From positions 233 through 64,232 of the forward strand of contig DASYYO010000279.1 of NCBI GenBank assembly GCA_035933805.1: a stretch of DNA of 64,000 bases. The letters are read 5' to 3'. The notes under the pieces were generated by a model. The model saw nothing but the letters and a program-made list of their open reading frames with translations. It did not search any database and was not told the DNA's origin. Every line of letters starts with the position of its first letter. Within the stretch, counting starts at the first letter, position 1. Positions 30,652-40,898 of this stretch are shown in pieces. Made by a program: the position numbers and the translations under genes. This DNA is from Acidobacteriaceae bacterium. Lineage in GTDB: Bacteria; Acidobacteriota; Terriglobia; Terriglobales; Acidobacteriaceae.

Positions 30652-31764
30652 ATGCATTCGATAAGTCCAGTTTTGTGGCAGTTTCTCGTAAAGTGGCTGA
30701 CCAACTTTGCCCTTTTCCCGCCAGAAGCCTCGTCCATCTCGGGCGACATGGACGCTTTCTACTTTTTTCTGCTGTTGATCTCGGCCATCGGCCTCATCGC
30801 CGTAGCGATCCTGATTTTCGGGTTTTCCATTGCGTACCGCAAGGAAAAGAATCCGGTGGCGACGCAGATCGAGGGTTCCACGCTGCTTGAGGCGACGTGG
30901 ACGATCATCCCGCTGGCCCTGTTCATGGTCTGCTTCGTCTGGGGCGCGCTGCTTTACTTCCGCATCTACAACCCGCCGACCAACGCGATGAATATCTACA
31001 TCGTGGGCAAACAGTGGATGTGGAAGGCGGAGCATCCCGGCGGCCAGCACGAGATCGATGCGCTGCATATCCCGATCAACCGGCCGATTCAGCTCACCAT
31101 GATCTCCCAGGACGTCTTCCACAGCTTCTCGATCCCGGCTTTCCGGGTGAAGCGCGAAGTGATCCCGGGCCGCTACACGACGGTCTGGTTTGAGGCTACA
31201 CAGACCGGCACATTCCATCTTTTCTGCACCCAGTATTGCGGCACGAATCACTCGCAGATGATCGGCGACATCGTGGCCATGAGCCCGGACGATTACCAGG
31301 CATGGATCGCGGGTAGCACCAGCGGGGTATCCCTGGCGCAGAACGGCGAGCGCCTGTTCGCCAGCCTGGGCTGCAACTCCTGCCACTCGGGCGCGGCCAC
31401 GGCCCGCGGTCCGAATCTGGCGCAGGTCTACGGCTCCAGGCTGCAGCTTACCGACGGTTCGCAGATCACCGCGGATGACGCGTTCCTGCGGGAGGCGATT
31501 CTCAATCCGTCGACGCGGGTGACGGCCGGGTACGCGCCGATCATGCCAACGTATCAAGGCCAGGTCAGTGAAGAGGGACTGATTGACCTGGTGGAGTACA
31601 TCAAGAATCTCAATTCCAACTACCGCATTCAGCAGACACTGGCATCGAGGGAACTCCCCCCGGCGCCGGCCGGCTCCTCCAACTCGGGATCCAGTTCGTC
31701 ATCCAGGGATGAAAGCTCCGCTGCGCGGTCAGGCAGAGTGGCGCCTTCGGCGTCAGGACGGTGA
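30652..31764 (+). CDS. ctaC: cytochrome c oxidase subunit II with fused C-terminal cytochrome c (caa3 type)
   Basis: CuA site HSFSIP...[12 protein letters not shown] and a C-terminal CNSCH haem c domain. Confidence 0.9.
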   Translation: MHSISPVLWQFLVKWLTNFALFPPEASSISGDMDAFYFFLLLISAIGLIAVAILIFGFSIAYRKEKNPVATQIEGSTLLEATWTIIPLALFMVCFVWGALLYFRIYNPPTNAMNIYIVGKQWMWKAEHPGGQHEIDALHIPINRPIQLTMISQDVFHSFSIPAFRVKREVIPGRYTTVWFEATQTGTFHLFCTQYCGTNHSQMIGDIVAMSPDDYQAWIAGSTSGVSLAQNGERLFASLGCNSCHSGAATARGPNLAQVYGSRLQLTDGSQITADDAFLREAILNPSTRVTAGYAPIMPTYQGQVSEEGLIDLVEYIKNLNSNYRIQQTLASRELPPAPAGSSNSGSSSSSRDESSAARSGRVAPSASGR

Positions 31765-31768
31765 AACC

Positions 31769-33430
31769 ATGAGCACAATCCTCAGTCTTCCGAATCAAGA
31801 AACAGCAACCCTGCCGAAGACCAGCTACCTGAACAGCGAGTACGGGCTGAAGAGCTGGCTGCTCACCGGTGACCACAAGCGGATCGCCATGCTGTATCTG
31901 ATGTCGATAACGTTTTTCTTTTTCATCGGGGGAGCATTCGCCGGCCTGATTCGCCTGGAGCTGCTCACTCCCATGCCGGACCTGGTGGCGTCGGACACCT
32001 ATAACAAGCTCTTCAGCATGCACGGCATCGTGATGATCTTTCTGTTCCTGGTGCCGTCAGTTCCGGCAACCATCGGGAACTTTCTGATGCCGATCATGGT
32101 TGGGGCCAAGGATCTGGCGTTTCCGAAGATCAATCTGCTGAGCTGGTATCTGTACATGATCGCGGGCTGCATCATCCTCTGGGCGATGATGAACGGCGGC
32201 GTCGATACCGGGTGGACCTTCACCACTCCCCTCAGCACCCACTATCTCAACACGCATGTGCTGACGACGGCGGTGGGGGTGTTCGTCGCCGGCTTCAGCT
32301 CTATCTTCACCGGTCTGAACTTCATCGTCACCATCCACCGGATGCGCTGCCCGGGAATGAGCTGGTTCCGTCTGCCGCTCTTCGTGTGGTCGCATTATGC
32401 GGCCTCGATCCTGATGGTTCTCGGGACCCCTGTTCTGGCGATCGCGCTGGTGCTCATCGCCCTGGAGCGCGTCTTCGGGATTGGCGTCTTCGATCCCTCC
32501 AAGGGCGGAGACCCGCTCCTCTTCCAGCATCTCTTCTGGTTCTACTCCCACCCTGCCGTGTACATCATGATTCTGCCGGGCATGGGGGTCATCTCCGAAG
32601 TAGTCAGCACCTTCTCCCGCAAGCGGGTCTTCGGATACACCGCGGTGGCCTTCTCTTCGGTGGCGATCGCGGTCTTCGGATTCTTCGTCTGGGAGCACCA
32701 CATGTTCATCATGGGTGTGTCGAACTACTCGGCGCTGGTCTTCTCACTGCTGACGATGCTGGTCGCGGTGCCCTCTGCCATCAAGATCTTCAACTGGTCG
32801 GCAACGCTCTACAAAGGGTCCATTACCTTTGAGACGCCGATGCTTTATGCCTTCGGATTCATGGGTCTGTTCACCATTGGCGGGTTGACCGGGGTCTTCC
32901 TCGGTTCGCTGGGGATGGACATTCACCTGACCGAGACCTACTTCATCGTCGCCCACTTTCACTTCGTGATGGTCGGGGGAATGCTGATGGCGTATCTGGC
33001 CGGCGTGCACTTCTGGTGGCCGAAGATGACCGGCAGAATGTACCCCGAGTCCATGTCGAAGCTGGCCGCGATGACGACCTTCATCGGGTTCATCCTCACC
33101 TTCTTTCCGCAGTTCATCCTGGGTTACCTGGGAATGCCGCGCCGCTATCACGCGTATCCGCCGGAGTTCCAGGTGCTGAACGTTCTGTCGACGGCGGGCG
33201 CGACGGTGCTGGGGATCGGCTACCTGCTCCCCATGATCTACATGCCCTGGTCACTGAAGTACGGTAAGATCGCCGGTAGCAACCCATGGCAGGCAACCGG
33301 CCTGGAGTGGCAGATCGAATCGCCGCCGCTGACGGAAAACTTTATCGAGATCCCGGTCATGGATCACGAAGCATACGACTACGATTGGCTTGCGCACAAG
33401 CACGAATACGAGGTAACGACTGTTGGATAG
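31769..33430 (+). CDS. ctaD: cytochrome c oxidase subunit I
   Basis: Internal ATG 31769 ([10 protein letters not shown]) of ORF 31583..33430, 5 nt after the ctaC stop. Contains [25 protein letters not shown] and [10 protein letters not shown]. Confidence 0.95.
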   Translation: MSTILSLPNQETATLPKTSYLNSEYGLKSWLLTGDHKRIAMLYLMSITFFFFIGGAFAGLIRLELLTPMPDLVASDTYNKLFSMHGIVMIFLFLVPSVPATIGNFLMPIMVGAKDLAFPKINLLSWYLYMIAGCIILWAMMNGGVDTGWTFTTPLSTHYLNTHVLTTAVGVFVAGFSSIFTGLNFIVTIHRMRCPGMSWFRLPLFVWSHYAASILMVLGTPVLAIALVLIALERVFGIGVFDPSKGGDPLLFQHLFWFYSHPAVYIMILPGMGVISEVVSTFSRKRVFGYTAVAFSSVAIAVFGFFVWEHHMFIMGVSNYSALVFSLLTMLVAVPSAIKIFNWSATLYKGSITFETPMLYAFGFMGLFTIGGLTGVFLGSLGMDIHLTETYFIVAHFHFVMVGGMLMAYLAGVHFWWPKMTGRMYPESMSKLAAMTTFIGFILTFFPQFILGYLGMPRRYHAYPPEFQVLNVLSTAGATVLGIGYLLPMIYMPWSLKYGKIAGSNPWQATGLEWQIESPPLTENFIEIPVMDHEAYDYDWLAHKHEYEVTTVG

Positions 33431-34100
33431 CCAAGCGATTGCAAATGGCACGATAGCTCCACACGAGACAGCGGAAGCCCACGAACATCCTTCTTACCTG
33501 CGCCACCACTTCGTCACGGTAGAGCAGCAGCAGGAGACGGCGAGCTTCGGGATGTGGCTGTTCCTGCTGACCGAAATCATGTTTTTCGGCGGCATGTTCA
33601 TGGCCTACCTGCTCTACCGGAACTGGTATTACGACGCCTTCGTGGCGGGCAGCAACACGCTGAGCATCACGCTGGGCACCACCAATACCGTCGTGCTGAT
33701 CCTCTCCAGCTTCACGATGGCGATGGGTGTCTACTCGGCGGAGACCCGCAACCGCAAGGGCCTCCTGACGTCGCTGGGCCTGACGATCGTTCTGGGTCTG
33801 GTCTTCCTCGGAATCAAATCCGTGGAATACCACGACAAATATGTGGAGCACCATATCCCGGGCGCGAGCTTCAGCGTGGAAGATTTTGTCCATCCGGCAG
33901 ACAAGCGTGACATCGCGCTCTCCCCGGATATGGCGCAGCATGCGCAGATTTACTTCTTCCTCTACTTTGCCCTGACAGGCATGCACGCGCTGCACATGAT
34001 CATCGGCATCAGCATCCTGTTTGTCCTCTTCTACCAGGCCTATCATGGGGCGTACACCAACGGGCATACTTCCACCATCGACAATTTCGGGCTGTACTGA
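33423..34100 (+). CDS. ctaE: cytochrome c oxidase subunit III, ends at an in-frame TGA that replaces a conserved Trp
   Basis: Cox3-type helices ([29 protein letters not shown]). The ORF stops after ...DNFGLY although the conserved [11 protein letters not shown] continues in frame (see feature 34098..34172). Confidence 0.85.
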   Translation: MDSQAIANGTIAPHETAEAHEHPSYLRHHFVTVEQQQETASFGMWLFLLTEIMFFGGMFMAYLLYRNWYYDAFVAGSNTLSITLGTTNTVVLILSSFTMAMGVYSAETRNRKGLLTSLGLTIVLGLVFLGIKSVEYHDKYVEHHIPGASFSVEDFVHPADKRDIALSPDMAQHAQIYFFLYFALTGMHALHMIIGISILFVLFYQAYHGAYTNGHTSTIDNFGLY

Positions 34101-34172
34101 CACTTTGTCGATATTGTGTGGATCTTCCTTTTCCCGCTGCTCTATCTGATCAGCCGTCACCCCTTGAAGTAG
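34098..34172 (+). other. post-stop in-frame extension encoding the conserved Cox3 C-terminus (candidate UGA readthrough, recent nonsense mutation or sequencing error)
   Basis: TGA(34098-34100) CAC TTT GTC GAT ATT GTG TGG ATC TTC CTT TTC ... reads [23 protein letters not shown], then TAG at 34170-34172. It matches the Cox3 motif YWHFVDVVWLFLF with the stop in place of W. Confidence 0.8.
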
Positions 34173-34185
34173 AAGGAAAGCAGCT

Positions 34186-34494
34186 ATGTCGACTCCTACC
34201 GAGCACGAGCATCACATTGTCGGGCCCAAGGTCTACCTGATGATCCTCGCGGCGCTTCTGATCTTTACTGCGACGACGACCGGTGTGGCCTTCCTCGACC
34301 TGGGCATCTTCAATCCTGTCGTGGCGCTGGCGATCGCCTGCATCAAGGCGGTTCTGGTGATCCTGTTTTTCATGCACCTGCGCTATAGCTCCAAGGTGAT
34401 GAAGCTCACGGTCGCGGCCGGCTTCTTTACCTTTCTGGTGCTGATCACCATGACTCTCACCGACTATATGAGCCGGACCTGGGGCCTCTGGTAG
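34186..34494 (+). CDS. ctaF: cytochrome c oxidase subunit IV (prokaryotic COX4 family)
   Basis: 102 aa with three TM helices. N-terminal HEHHIVGPKVYLMILAALLIFTATT is typical of the family. AAGGAAAG Shine-Dalgarno upstream. Confidence 0.75.
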   Translation: MSTPTEHEHHIVGPKVYLMILAALLIFTATTTGVAFLDLGIFNPVVALAIACIKAVLVILFFMHLRYSSKVMKLTVAAGFFTFLVLITMTLTDYMSRTWGLW

Positions 34495-34536
34495 GCCACG
34501 GCCCCCGCCCGCTCCAGGTGGTGCAGCCAGGCTTAG

Positions 34537-34560
34537 AGAGCGGACCGGACCGCTCTTTCC
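34537..34560 (+). terminator. candidate terminator after the oxidase operon
   Basis: AGAGCGG (34537-43) pairs with CCGCTCT (34550-56) around a 6-nt loop, followed by a short TT CC tail. The weak U-tract lowers confidence. Confidence 0.4.
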
Positions 34561-34799
34561 TACAACCGATGGACTTCCTTCGAGGCCCGCATGAGCGGGC
34601 CCATTCAACGCCGGCTCCTCCACAACGTGCGGAGCAAAGCGGCCCCGACAGCGCTTCCTTCCTCTCCTCCTGCCATGGCTGAACCGCCGATCCTCTTCGA
34701 TGCACCCTCCCGGCGGGAGCTATCCTGCGAAGCTGTGCTCCAGAAGCGGCTTTTGCATCCGATGAGAAGTTCTGCAACTTCGATCCAAGACGAGGCAAG

Positions 34800-36272
34800 A
34801 TGACCTCCGTTCCGGCAAAAGCAAAAGATCAAGATGAGGAAGTTCCCGAGGATCTGCGCCGGATCGCCGCGGATCCCCGCGTCCGGGTGCGGCGGGCAGG
34901 GCCGCCCGCGGCGAACTCCAAATGCGTCGTCTACTGGATGCAGCGCTCTCAGCGGGCCCTAGACAATCCCGCCCTGGATGTTGCGGTGAACGTGGCCAAT
35001 GCGCTGGAGCTGCCGCTTGTGGTGTTCTTCTCGGCGATCAGCAACTTCCCCGGCGCCAACGAACGGCACTACGCGTTTATGAATCAGGGCTTCGGCGATA
35101 CAGAGGAGGATTTAGCTGAGCGGCGGATCGGATTTGTGCTGCGCCGTCCGCCCCGCAACTCGCTGGAGGCATTCCTTGCCGAGGTGCAGGCGGCTATGCT
35201 CATCGGGGATGAGAACCCCTGCCGTGAGCCGGAGCGATGGAGGAGGGTGCTCTCCGCGCGGCTGAGGATTCCTTTCTGGACCGTGGATGCGGATGTGGTG
35301 GTTCCCTCCGGTCTCTTCTCCAAGGGCATGTATGCCCTGCATATCTTCCGGCCGAAGCTGTATGCGGAGCTGCCGAGGTTTCTGGTCAAGAGCGACGCGC
35401 CTGTGCCGCAACGGGAATGGAAGCGGCCGCGGGACCTCGAGTCGTTCCCGGTGCGGGAGGACATTACGCAAGGCTGGAAGTCGCTCGACCGGTCGGTGCG
35501 TCCGGTGGACAGCTTTACCGGAGGAACACACCGTGCGGGTCAACGGCTGCAGGACTTCGTCGACCGTCAGCTGAGCGATTACGAGAAGATGCGCAACCAC
35601 CCGGAGAGCGATGGAACCAGCCGGCTGTCGCCCTACCTGCATTTCGGCCAGATCGGCCCGCTGACGATTGCGCTTGCCGTGGAAAAGGCGTGCAAGGCGG
35701 GGAAGGCCTCCCGGGCGGCGTGCGATTCCTTTCTCAACGAGGTCATCGGATGGCGCGAGCTCGCGGTGAACTTCGTCAAATTCAATGCGAACTATGACTC
35801 GCTGGAGTGCGCCGAGCCCTGGGCGAAGAAGACGCTGCTCGAGCACGCGGGCGACCGCCGCGAGTGGAACTACACGATTGAAGAGCTGGAGCGCTCGCAG
35901 ACCCATGACGAGCTTTGGAATGCAGCGCAGAACCAGATGGTCAAGTTCGGATGGATGCACAATTACATGCGCATGTACTGGGCAAAGAAGATTCTGGAGT
36001 GGTCTCCCGATCCGGCGCGCGCGTTTGACACTTGCGTGACGCTCAATGACCGATACTTTCTCGACGGCCGGGATCCCAACGGATACGCCGGAATCGCCTG
36101 GTCGATTGGCGGCAAATTTGACCGTCCCTGGTTCGAGCGTCCGATCTTTGGGACCATCCGCTATATGTCGGGGGCCTCGACAGGCAGAAAATTCAACTCC
36201 AAGCGATACATCCAAGCGATGTCGGAGGATCCGGAACAGGGCTTGATCTGGGACAAGACTGCTCCCCGCTGA
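34800..36272 (+). CDS. phr: deoxyribodipyrimidine photolyase, class II
   Basis: VVYWMQRSQRALDNPALDVAV at the N-terminus and C-terminal WMHNYMRMYWAKKILEW...DPNGYAGIAWSIGG, the class II CPD photolyase signature. Confidence 0.9.
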   Translation: MTSVPAKAKDQDEEVPEDLRRIAADPRVRVRRAGPPAANSKCVVYWMQRSQRALDNPALDVAVNVANALELPLVVFFSAISNFPGANERHYAFMNQGFGDTEEDLAERRIGFVLRRPPRNSLEAFLAEVQAAMLIGDENPCREPERWRRVLSARLRIPFWTVDADVVVPSGLFSKGMYALHIFRPKLYAELPRFLVKSDAPVPQREWKRPRDLESFPVREDITQGWKSLDRSVRPVDSFTGGTHRAGQRLQDFVDRQLSDYEKMRNHPESDGTSRLSPYLHFGQIGPLTIALAVEKACKAGKASRAACDSFLNEVIGWRELAVNFVKFNANYDSLECAEPWAKKTLLEHAGDRREWNYTIEELERSQTHDELWNAAQNQMVKFGWMHNYMRMYWAKKILEWSPDPARAFDTCVTLNDRYFLDGRDPNGYAGIAWSIGGKFDRPWFERPIFGTIRYMSGASTGRKFNSKRYIQAMSEDPEQGLIWDKTAPR

Positions 36273-36383
36273 ATGCGGCCGGCCGCACGGAGCGGACGGG
36301 GGCGGGTATGCTAGTTTCATGGACAGGCTTTTCCGGCCAGAGTGGCCGAGAGGGGATCGAGGGGGCCGAAAGGGAACCGCAGC

Positions 36384-37367
36384 ATGGCAAAGTACCTGAT
36401 CACGGGCATCGCCGGATTCATCGGATCGTCGCTGGCGATGGCGCTCGTCGAGCGCGGCGACGAGGTCCGGGGAGTGGACAACTTCCTGACCGGCAAGCGC
36501 GCCAATCTCCAGGGCTTTCTCGACCGGATCGACTTCCGGGAGGCGGATCTGCGCGATGCGCAAGCCGTGCGCGAGGCTTGCGAGGGCGTGGATTATGTGT
36601 TGCATCAGGGCGCCCTGCCCTCGGTTCCGCTCTCCGTCAAGGAGCCGGAGCCCAGCCACCGCTGCAATGTGGATGGCACCTTCCACGTGCTCGAAGGCGC
36701 GCGGGCTGCGAACGTCAAGCGGGTGATCTATGCCGCCTCCTCTTCCGCTTATGGGGACCAGCCGGTTCTGCCCAGCCGGGAGACACTGCGGCCGATGCCC
36801 ATCTCCCCGTATGCGGTGCAGAAGCTTGCCGGCGAATATTACCTGAGCAGCTACTGGCAGGTGTACGGGTTGGAGACGGTCTCTCTGCGCTACTTCAATA
36901 TCTTCGGCCCGCGGCAGGCGGCCGATTCTCCCTACAGCGGAGTGCTGGCGAAGTTCATCCGGCAGATGCTTGCCGGGGAGCGTCCGACGATCTTCGGCAC
37001 GGGGCGGCAGGGGCGCGATTTTACCTATGTCGACAACGTCGTCTCCGCGAACCTGCTGGCGTGCGCGGCACCGGCGGAGAAGGTGGCAGGCAAGGTCTTC
37101 AACATTGCCTGCGGGGGCCAGCATACGTTGAGCGAGATCTATCGAACCCTGGCCGGGATTATCGGGTTTGATGGCGAACCCCTGTATGAGCCGCCGCGCA
37201 ATGGGGACATTCTCAACTCGCAGGCGGATATCACGGCCGCTACCGAGGCCTTTGGATATCGCCCGGTTGTCGGCTTTGAGGACGGATTGGAACGCACGGT
37301 GGAGTGGTACCGCGAGATGCTCGGTTCGGCGGCGAGCTCTCCGGCCGGGGCGGTTGCGCGGGAATGA
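36384..37367 (+). CDS. NAD-dependent nucleotide-sugar 4-epimerase (WbpP/TviC-like)
   Basis: Internal ATG (MAKYLITGIAGFIGSSLA) of ORF 36342..37367. GxxGxxG and the YxxxK motif (SPYAVQK). Confidence 0.85.
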   Translation: MAKYLITGIAGFIGSSLAMALVERGDEVRGVDNFLTGKRANLQGFLDRIDFREADLRDAQAVREACEGVDYVLHQGALPSVPLSVKEPEPSHRCNVDGTFHVLEGARAANVKRVIYAASSSAYGDQPVLPSRETLRPMPISPYAVQKLAGEYYLSSYWQVYGLETVSLRYFNIFGPRQAADSPYSGVLAKFIRQMLAGERPTIFGTGRQGRDFTYVDNVVSANLLACAAPAEKVAGKVFNIACGGQHTLSEIYRTLAGIIGFDGEPLYEPPRNGDILNSQADITAATEAFGYRPVVGFEDGLERTVEWYREMLGSAASSPAGAVARE

Positions 37368-37376
37368 GGAGAAGCG

Positions 37377-38726
37377 GTGCCTGAACAGGAAGTTTTGCAG
37401 CAGCAGGGATTGGAGCAGTGGCTCGCCCTCGTGGAAAAGCGTGAACTGCGCGTCGGAATCATCGGGCTGGGCTACGTAGGGCTTCCCCTGGTTCTGCTGT
37501 TCAGCGGCGAGGGCTTCCGCGTGACCGGCTTCGACATCGACCAGGCGAAGGTCGAGCGCTTGAATGCGGGCGAGTCGTACATCCACCGTATTGAGGCTGA
37601 ACAGATCCAGGGAGCGCGGGAGAAGGGATTCCGCGCCACGGCGGACTTCTCGGAGATTGCCGCGGTCGATGCGATTTTGATCTGCGTGCCTACTCCTCTG
37701 AGCGATCACCGCACCCCGGACGTGAGTTACATCGTCGCCACCATGGAGGCGATCAGCGGCCACCTGCGTCCCGGGCAACTGGTGGTGCTCGAGAGCACGA
37801 CTTATCCGGGCACGACGGAGGAACTGGTCGTTCCGGCCATTGAGCGGGAGGGGCAGCGGGTGATCCGCGAGGGCAATCTGGAAGATGGGGTGCTGGTCGC
37901 CTTCTCTCCGGAGCGCGAGGATCCGGGAAATACCCGGGTGGACCGCCGGGACATTCCCAAGGTTGTGGGCGGGGCGGGCTGGCTCGCCCAGGAGGCCGCC
38001 GCCGCGCTGTACCGTACCGCTTTTCATCGCGTCGTACGCGTCTCCAGTCCGGCTGCCGCCGAGATGACCAAGCTGCTGGAGAACATCTACCGCTGCGTCA
38101 ACATCGCATTGGTGAATGAGCTCAAGCTGCTCTGCCTGCGGATGGGCATCGACATCTGGGAGGTGATTGAAGCGGCGGCGACCAAGCCGTTCGGCTTTCA
38201 GCCGTTTTATCCCGGCCCCGGCCTGGGAGGGCATTGCATCCCGATCGATCCCTTTTACTTGAGCTGGAAGGCGAAGGAGTTCGACTTCAGCACGCGCTTT
38301 ATCGAGCTGGCCGGCGAGGTCAACGAGGGAATGCCGTACCACGTGGTGCAGGCGCTCTCCTCGGCGCTCAACCGCCGGAGCAAACCGATCAAAGGGTCCA
38401 GGGTCCTGGTGCTTGGGCTGGCCTATAAGAAGGATGTGGACGATCTGCGCGAGTCCCCTGCGCTCACCATTATCGAGATGCTGCAGCGTGAGGGAGCGGA
38501 CGTCAGCTACAACGATCCCTTCTTCCCCACTGTCGGGCAGGGACGAAGGTATCGTTTGAACATGAGATCCCAGCCGTTGGACGATCTCTCCGTCTACGAC
38601 TGCGTATTGATCGTGACGGACCACTCCAGCTACGACTACGCCCGGATCGTGCGGGAGGCGCAGCTTGTGGTGGACTCGCGCAATGCGACCCGCGGCCTCC
38701 AATCGGAGAAGATCGTGCACTGCTGA
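37377..38726 (+). CDS. UDP-N-acetyl-hexosamine 6-dehydrogenase (nucleotide-sugar dehydrogenase, WbpO/TviB/WecC-like)
   Basis: GTG start. NAD fold VGIIGLGYVGLPL and catalytic Cys GGHCIPIDP. Confidence 0.88.
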   Translation: MPEQEVLQQQGLEQWLALVEKRELRVGIIGLGYVGLPLVLLFSGEGFRVTGFDIDQAKVERLNAGESYIHRIEAEQIQGAREKGFRATADFSEIAAVDAILICVPTPLSDHRTPDVSYIVATMEAISGHLRPGQLVVLESTTYPGTTEELVVPAIEREGQRVIREGNLEDGVLVAFSPEREDPGNTRVDRRDIPKVVGGAGWLAQEAAAALYRTAFHRVVRVSSPAAAEMTKLLENIYRCVNIALVNELKLLCLRMGIDIWEVIEAAATKPFGFQPFYPGPGLGGHCIPIDPFYLSWKAKEFDFSTRFIELAGEVNEGMPYHVVQALSSALNRRSKPIKGSRVLVLGLAYKKDVDDLRESPALTIIEMLQREGADVSYNDPFFPTVGQGRRYRLNMRSQPLDDLSVYDCVLIVTDHSSYDYARIVREAQLVVDSRNATRGLQSEKIVHC

Positions 38727-38814
38727 GCCCCTCCCGGAGGGGGAGCAGGCGCGGGGCGACAGCGAAGCACCGGGCATCGCGGAACTCCGGGGATGCAGTA
38801 AAATAACCTACGAG

Positions 38815-38890
38815 GCCGACGTAGCTCAGTTGGTAGAGCAGCTGATTCGTAATCAGCAGGTCATCGGTTCAAGTCCGATCGTCGGCTCCA
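38815..38890 (+). tRNA. tRNA-Thr (anticodon CGU), CCA encoded
   Basis: Acceptor GCCGACG/CGTCGGC, D arm TAGCTCAGTTGGTAGAGC, anticodon stem GCTGA/TCAGC with loop TTCGTAA, T arm ATCGG-TTCAAGT-CCGAT, discriminator T, then CCA. Confidence 0.93.
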
Positions 38891-39204
38891 GACTTCTTCT
38901 AACAGCTCATGGCTCCGTTCAACGGGAGCTGTTGTGCAACTCCTGCACAGGCGAACTTCTGCTCCAGTGATGCGCCGCCTCCTGCGGATCCCATCCCCGC
39001 CGAGCTTCGGAAATATCACTTCCACCGGTTTGATTCTCCCCCGTCATGCAGGGGACGCTTAAACTTACGTTCTGATCGCTGCGGCCGGTTCGCTCGCGGT
39101 GGATGTTTCCTGTCCCCAGGGCGGCCGGCTTCGGCACGCAACGTTCGGCCCGCTTTGGCGGATGAGGATTCTGGGAAAGCCCAAAGAACAGATCGGATGA
39201 GCCA

Positions 39205-40872
39205 TTGAACAGAGTCGGATTATCAATCGTCTTCATGGCGGCGGCCGCATGCGGCCAGTCGTGTGTGGCGCAGAGTGCGAAGACTACTCCACAGACTCCG
39301 CGGTTAGAGAGACGTGGCGCGGTCACCCAGGTGGTCGTGGACGGGCAGCCCTTCCTGATGCTGGCGGGCGAACTGCATAACTCCAGCTCCTCGAACGCGG
39401 AATCGATGGAACCGGTGTGGCCAAAGCTCGCTGCAATGCACCTCAACACGGTGCTGATGCCGGTAGCCTGGGAGTCGATCGAGCCGAAGGAAGGAAGCTT
39501 TGACTTCAGTCTCGTCGACGGGCTGCTGGCGGGAGCCCGGCAGAGCCGTCTCCGGATCGTGATCCTCTGGTTTGGGGCCTGGAAGAACACCTTCTCCAGC
39601 TTTGCGCCCGGCTGGGTAAAGAAGGACACCACGCGCTTTCCCCGGGTGCAGACCAACGACGGGCGCGCAACCGAGAGGCTCTCCCCGTTCAGTACAGCGG
39701 TGCGCGACGCCGATGCGCGCGCCTTTGGGGCCTTGATGCATCATCTTCGCGAGGTCGACGGAGAGCGCCATACGGTCCTGATGGTGCAGGTAGAGAACGA
39801 GGTCGGCATCATTCCCGAACCTCGGGACTATTCGCCGGCGGCGAACGCATTGTTCGAAGGGGCCGTCCCTCCGGTTCTCGTGAGCTATCTCAAAAGACAT
39901 GAGGCGGCGCTGAGTCCCGAGCTGCATGCTGCGTGGATCGCGGCGGGCGAAAAGCCCGCCGGAACATGGCAGGAGGTCTTTGGAAAGACGCCTCTGACCG
40001 ACGATCTCTTCATGGCCTGGAGCTTCGCGACCTTTGTCCAGCGCGTCGCAGAGGCAGGCAAGGCGGAATACCCGCTGCCGATGTATGCGAACGCCGCTCT
40101 GATTCGTCCCAACTACCTGCCGGGGCAGTACAACAGCGGCGGTCCTCTGCCGCAGTCGCTGGATCTCTGGCGCGCCGGTGCGCCCGCTATCGACATGTTT
40201 TCGCCGGATATCTACTTCAATGAGTTTGTCTACTGGACGGGACGGTACCAGCTGCCGGGCAATCCTATGTTTATTCCGGAGACACAGGGTGGATACGCCG
40301 GCGCGGCGAACGCTCTCTTCGCCTTTGGTGAAAGAGGCGCGATAGGCTTCTCGCCGTTCGGCATCGATAACGAAGGCAACACCCCGCTGGACCTCGTAGG
40401 CATCACCAATCCCCACCAGCCGCCGGATAATCGCGCGATCAGCGACGTGTACAAGGTGCTTTCAGAGCTGACGCCATTGATCCTTGAGAAGCAGGAGAAG
40501 GGTGAGATCACGGCGGCGGTGATGGAAGGTGAGGCGCAGCGCGCAGCCCGTGCCCAGGCCGGCGACTACACGGCGACGATCGTTCGCGCGGGCGCAGCCG
40601 ATAGCAGGGTGGGCGTCATGTTCCTGCAGACCGGGCCGGACGAATTCCTTGTCGTGGGTAGCGGGGACGCCCAGATCCGCTTCACGAGCGAGCGGCCGGG
40701 GCCCCCGATCGCCGGCATTGAGAGCATCGACGAGGAGTTCTTCCGCAACGGCAGCTGGGTTCCAGGAAGGCGCATGAACGGCGACGAGAGCTCCCAGGGG
40801 CAGGCGCTGCGGATTCTTCCGGGAGACCTCGCTCAGGGAAAGATCTACCGGGTTCGTCTCTATCGCTATTGA
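39205..40872 (+). CDS. secreted glycoside hydrolase, GH35/DUF5597-like beta-galactosidase family
   Basis: TTG start and signal peptide MNRVGLSIVFMAAAACGQSCVAQS. VVVDGQPFLMLAGELHNSS...VAWESIEPKEGSFDF is typical of the TIM-barrel GH35/42-like N-terminus. Confidence 0.65.
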   Translation: MNRVGLSIVFMAAAACGQSCVAQSAKTTPQTPRLERRGAVTQVVVDGQPFLMLAGELHNSSSSNAESMEPVWPKLAAMHLNTVLMPVAWESIEPKEGSFDFSLVDGLLAGARQSRLRIVILWFGAWKNTFSSFAPGWVKKDTTRFPRVQTNDGRATERLSPFSTAVRDADARAFGALMHHLREVDGERHTVLMVQVENEVGIIPEPRDYSPAANALFEGAVPPVLVSYLKRHEAALSPELHAAWIAAGEKPAGTWQEVFGKTPLTDDLFMAWSFATFVQRVAEAGKAEYPLPMYANAALIRPNYLPGQYNSGGPLPQSLDLWRAGAPAIDMFSPDIYFNEFVYWTGRYQLPGNPMFIPETQGGYAGAANALFAFGERGAIGFSPFGIDNEGNTPLDLVGITNPHQPPDNRAISDVYKVLSELTPLILEKQEKGEITAAVMEGEAQRAARAQAGDYTATIVRAGAADSRVGVMFLQTGPDEFLVVGSGDAQIRFTSERPGPPIAGIESIDEEFFRNGSWVPGRRMNGDESSQGQALRILPGDLAQGKIYRVRLYRY

Positions 40873-40898
40873 TAGAGACGGAGCCGATCCCGTTTCTC

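Noticed and set aside
34098-34130. Selenocysteine insertion or a TGA-to-Trp/Gly genetic code as the explanation for the ctaE in-frame TGA
   Set aside because: I see no SECIS-like hairpin in the AT-rich 40 nt after the TGA, and Sec at a structural Trp position is not expected. Other genes here (actA, actC, the first enolase-like gene) end sensibly at TGA, so a reassigned code is unlikely.
35112-38777. 1221-aa minus-strand ORF, the longest in the window
   Set aside because: It is antisense to three well-supported plus-strand genes with clear catalytic motifs (photolyase, epimerase, UDP-sugar dehydrogenase). Its product is Arg/Gly/Leu/Pro-rich with no motifs. This is a typical stop-codon-poor shadow frame of high-GC DNA.
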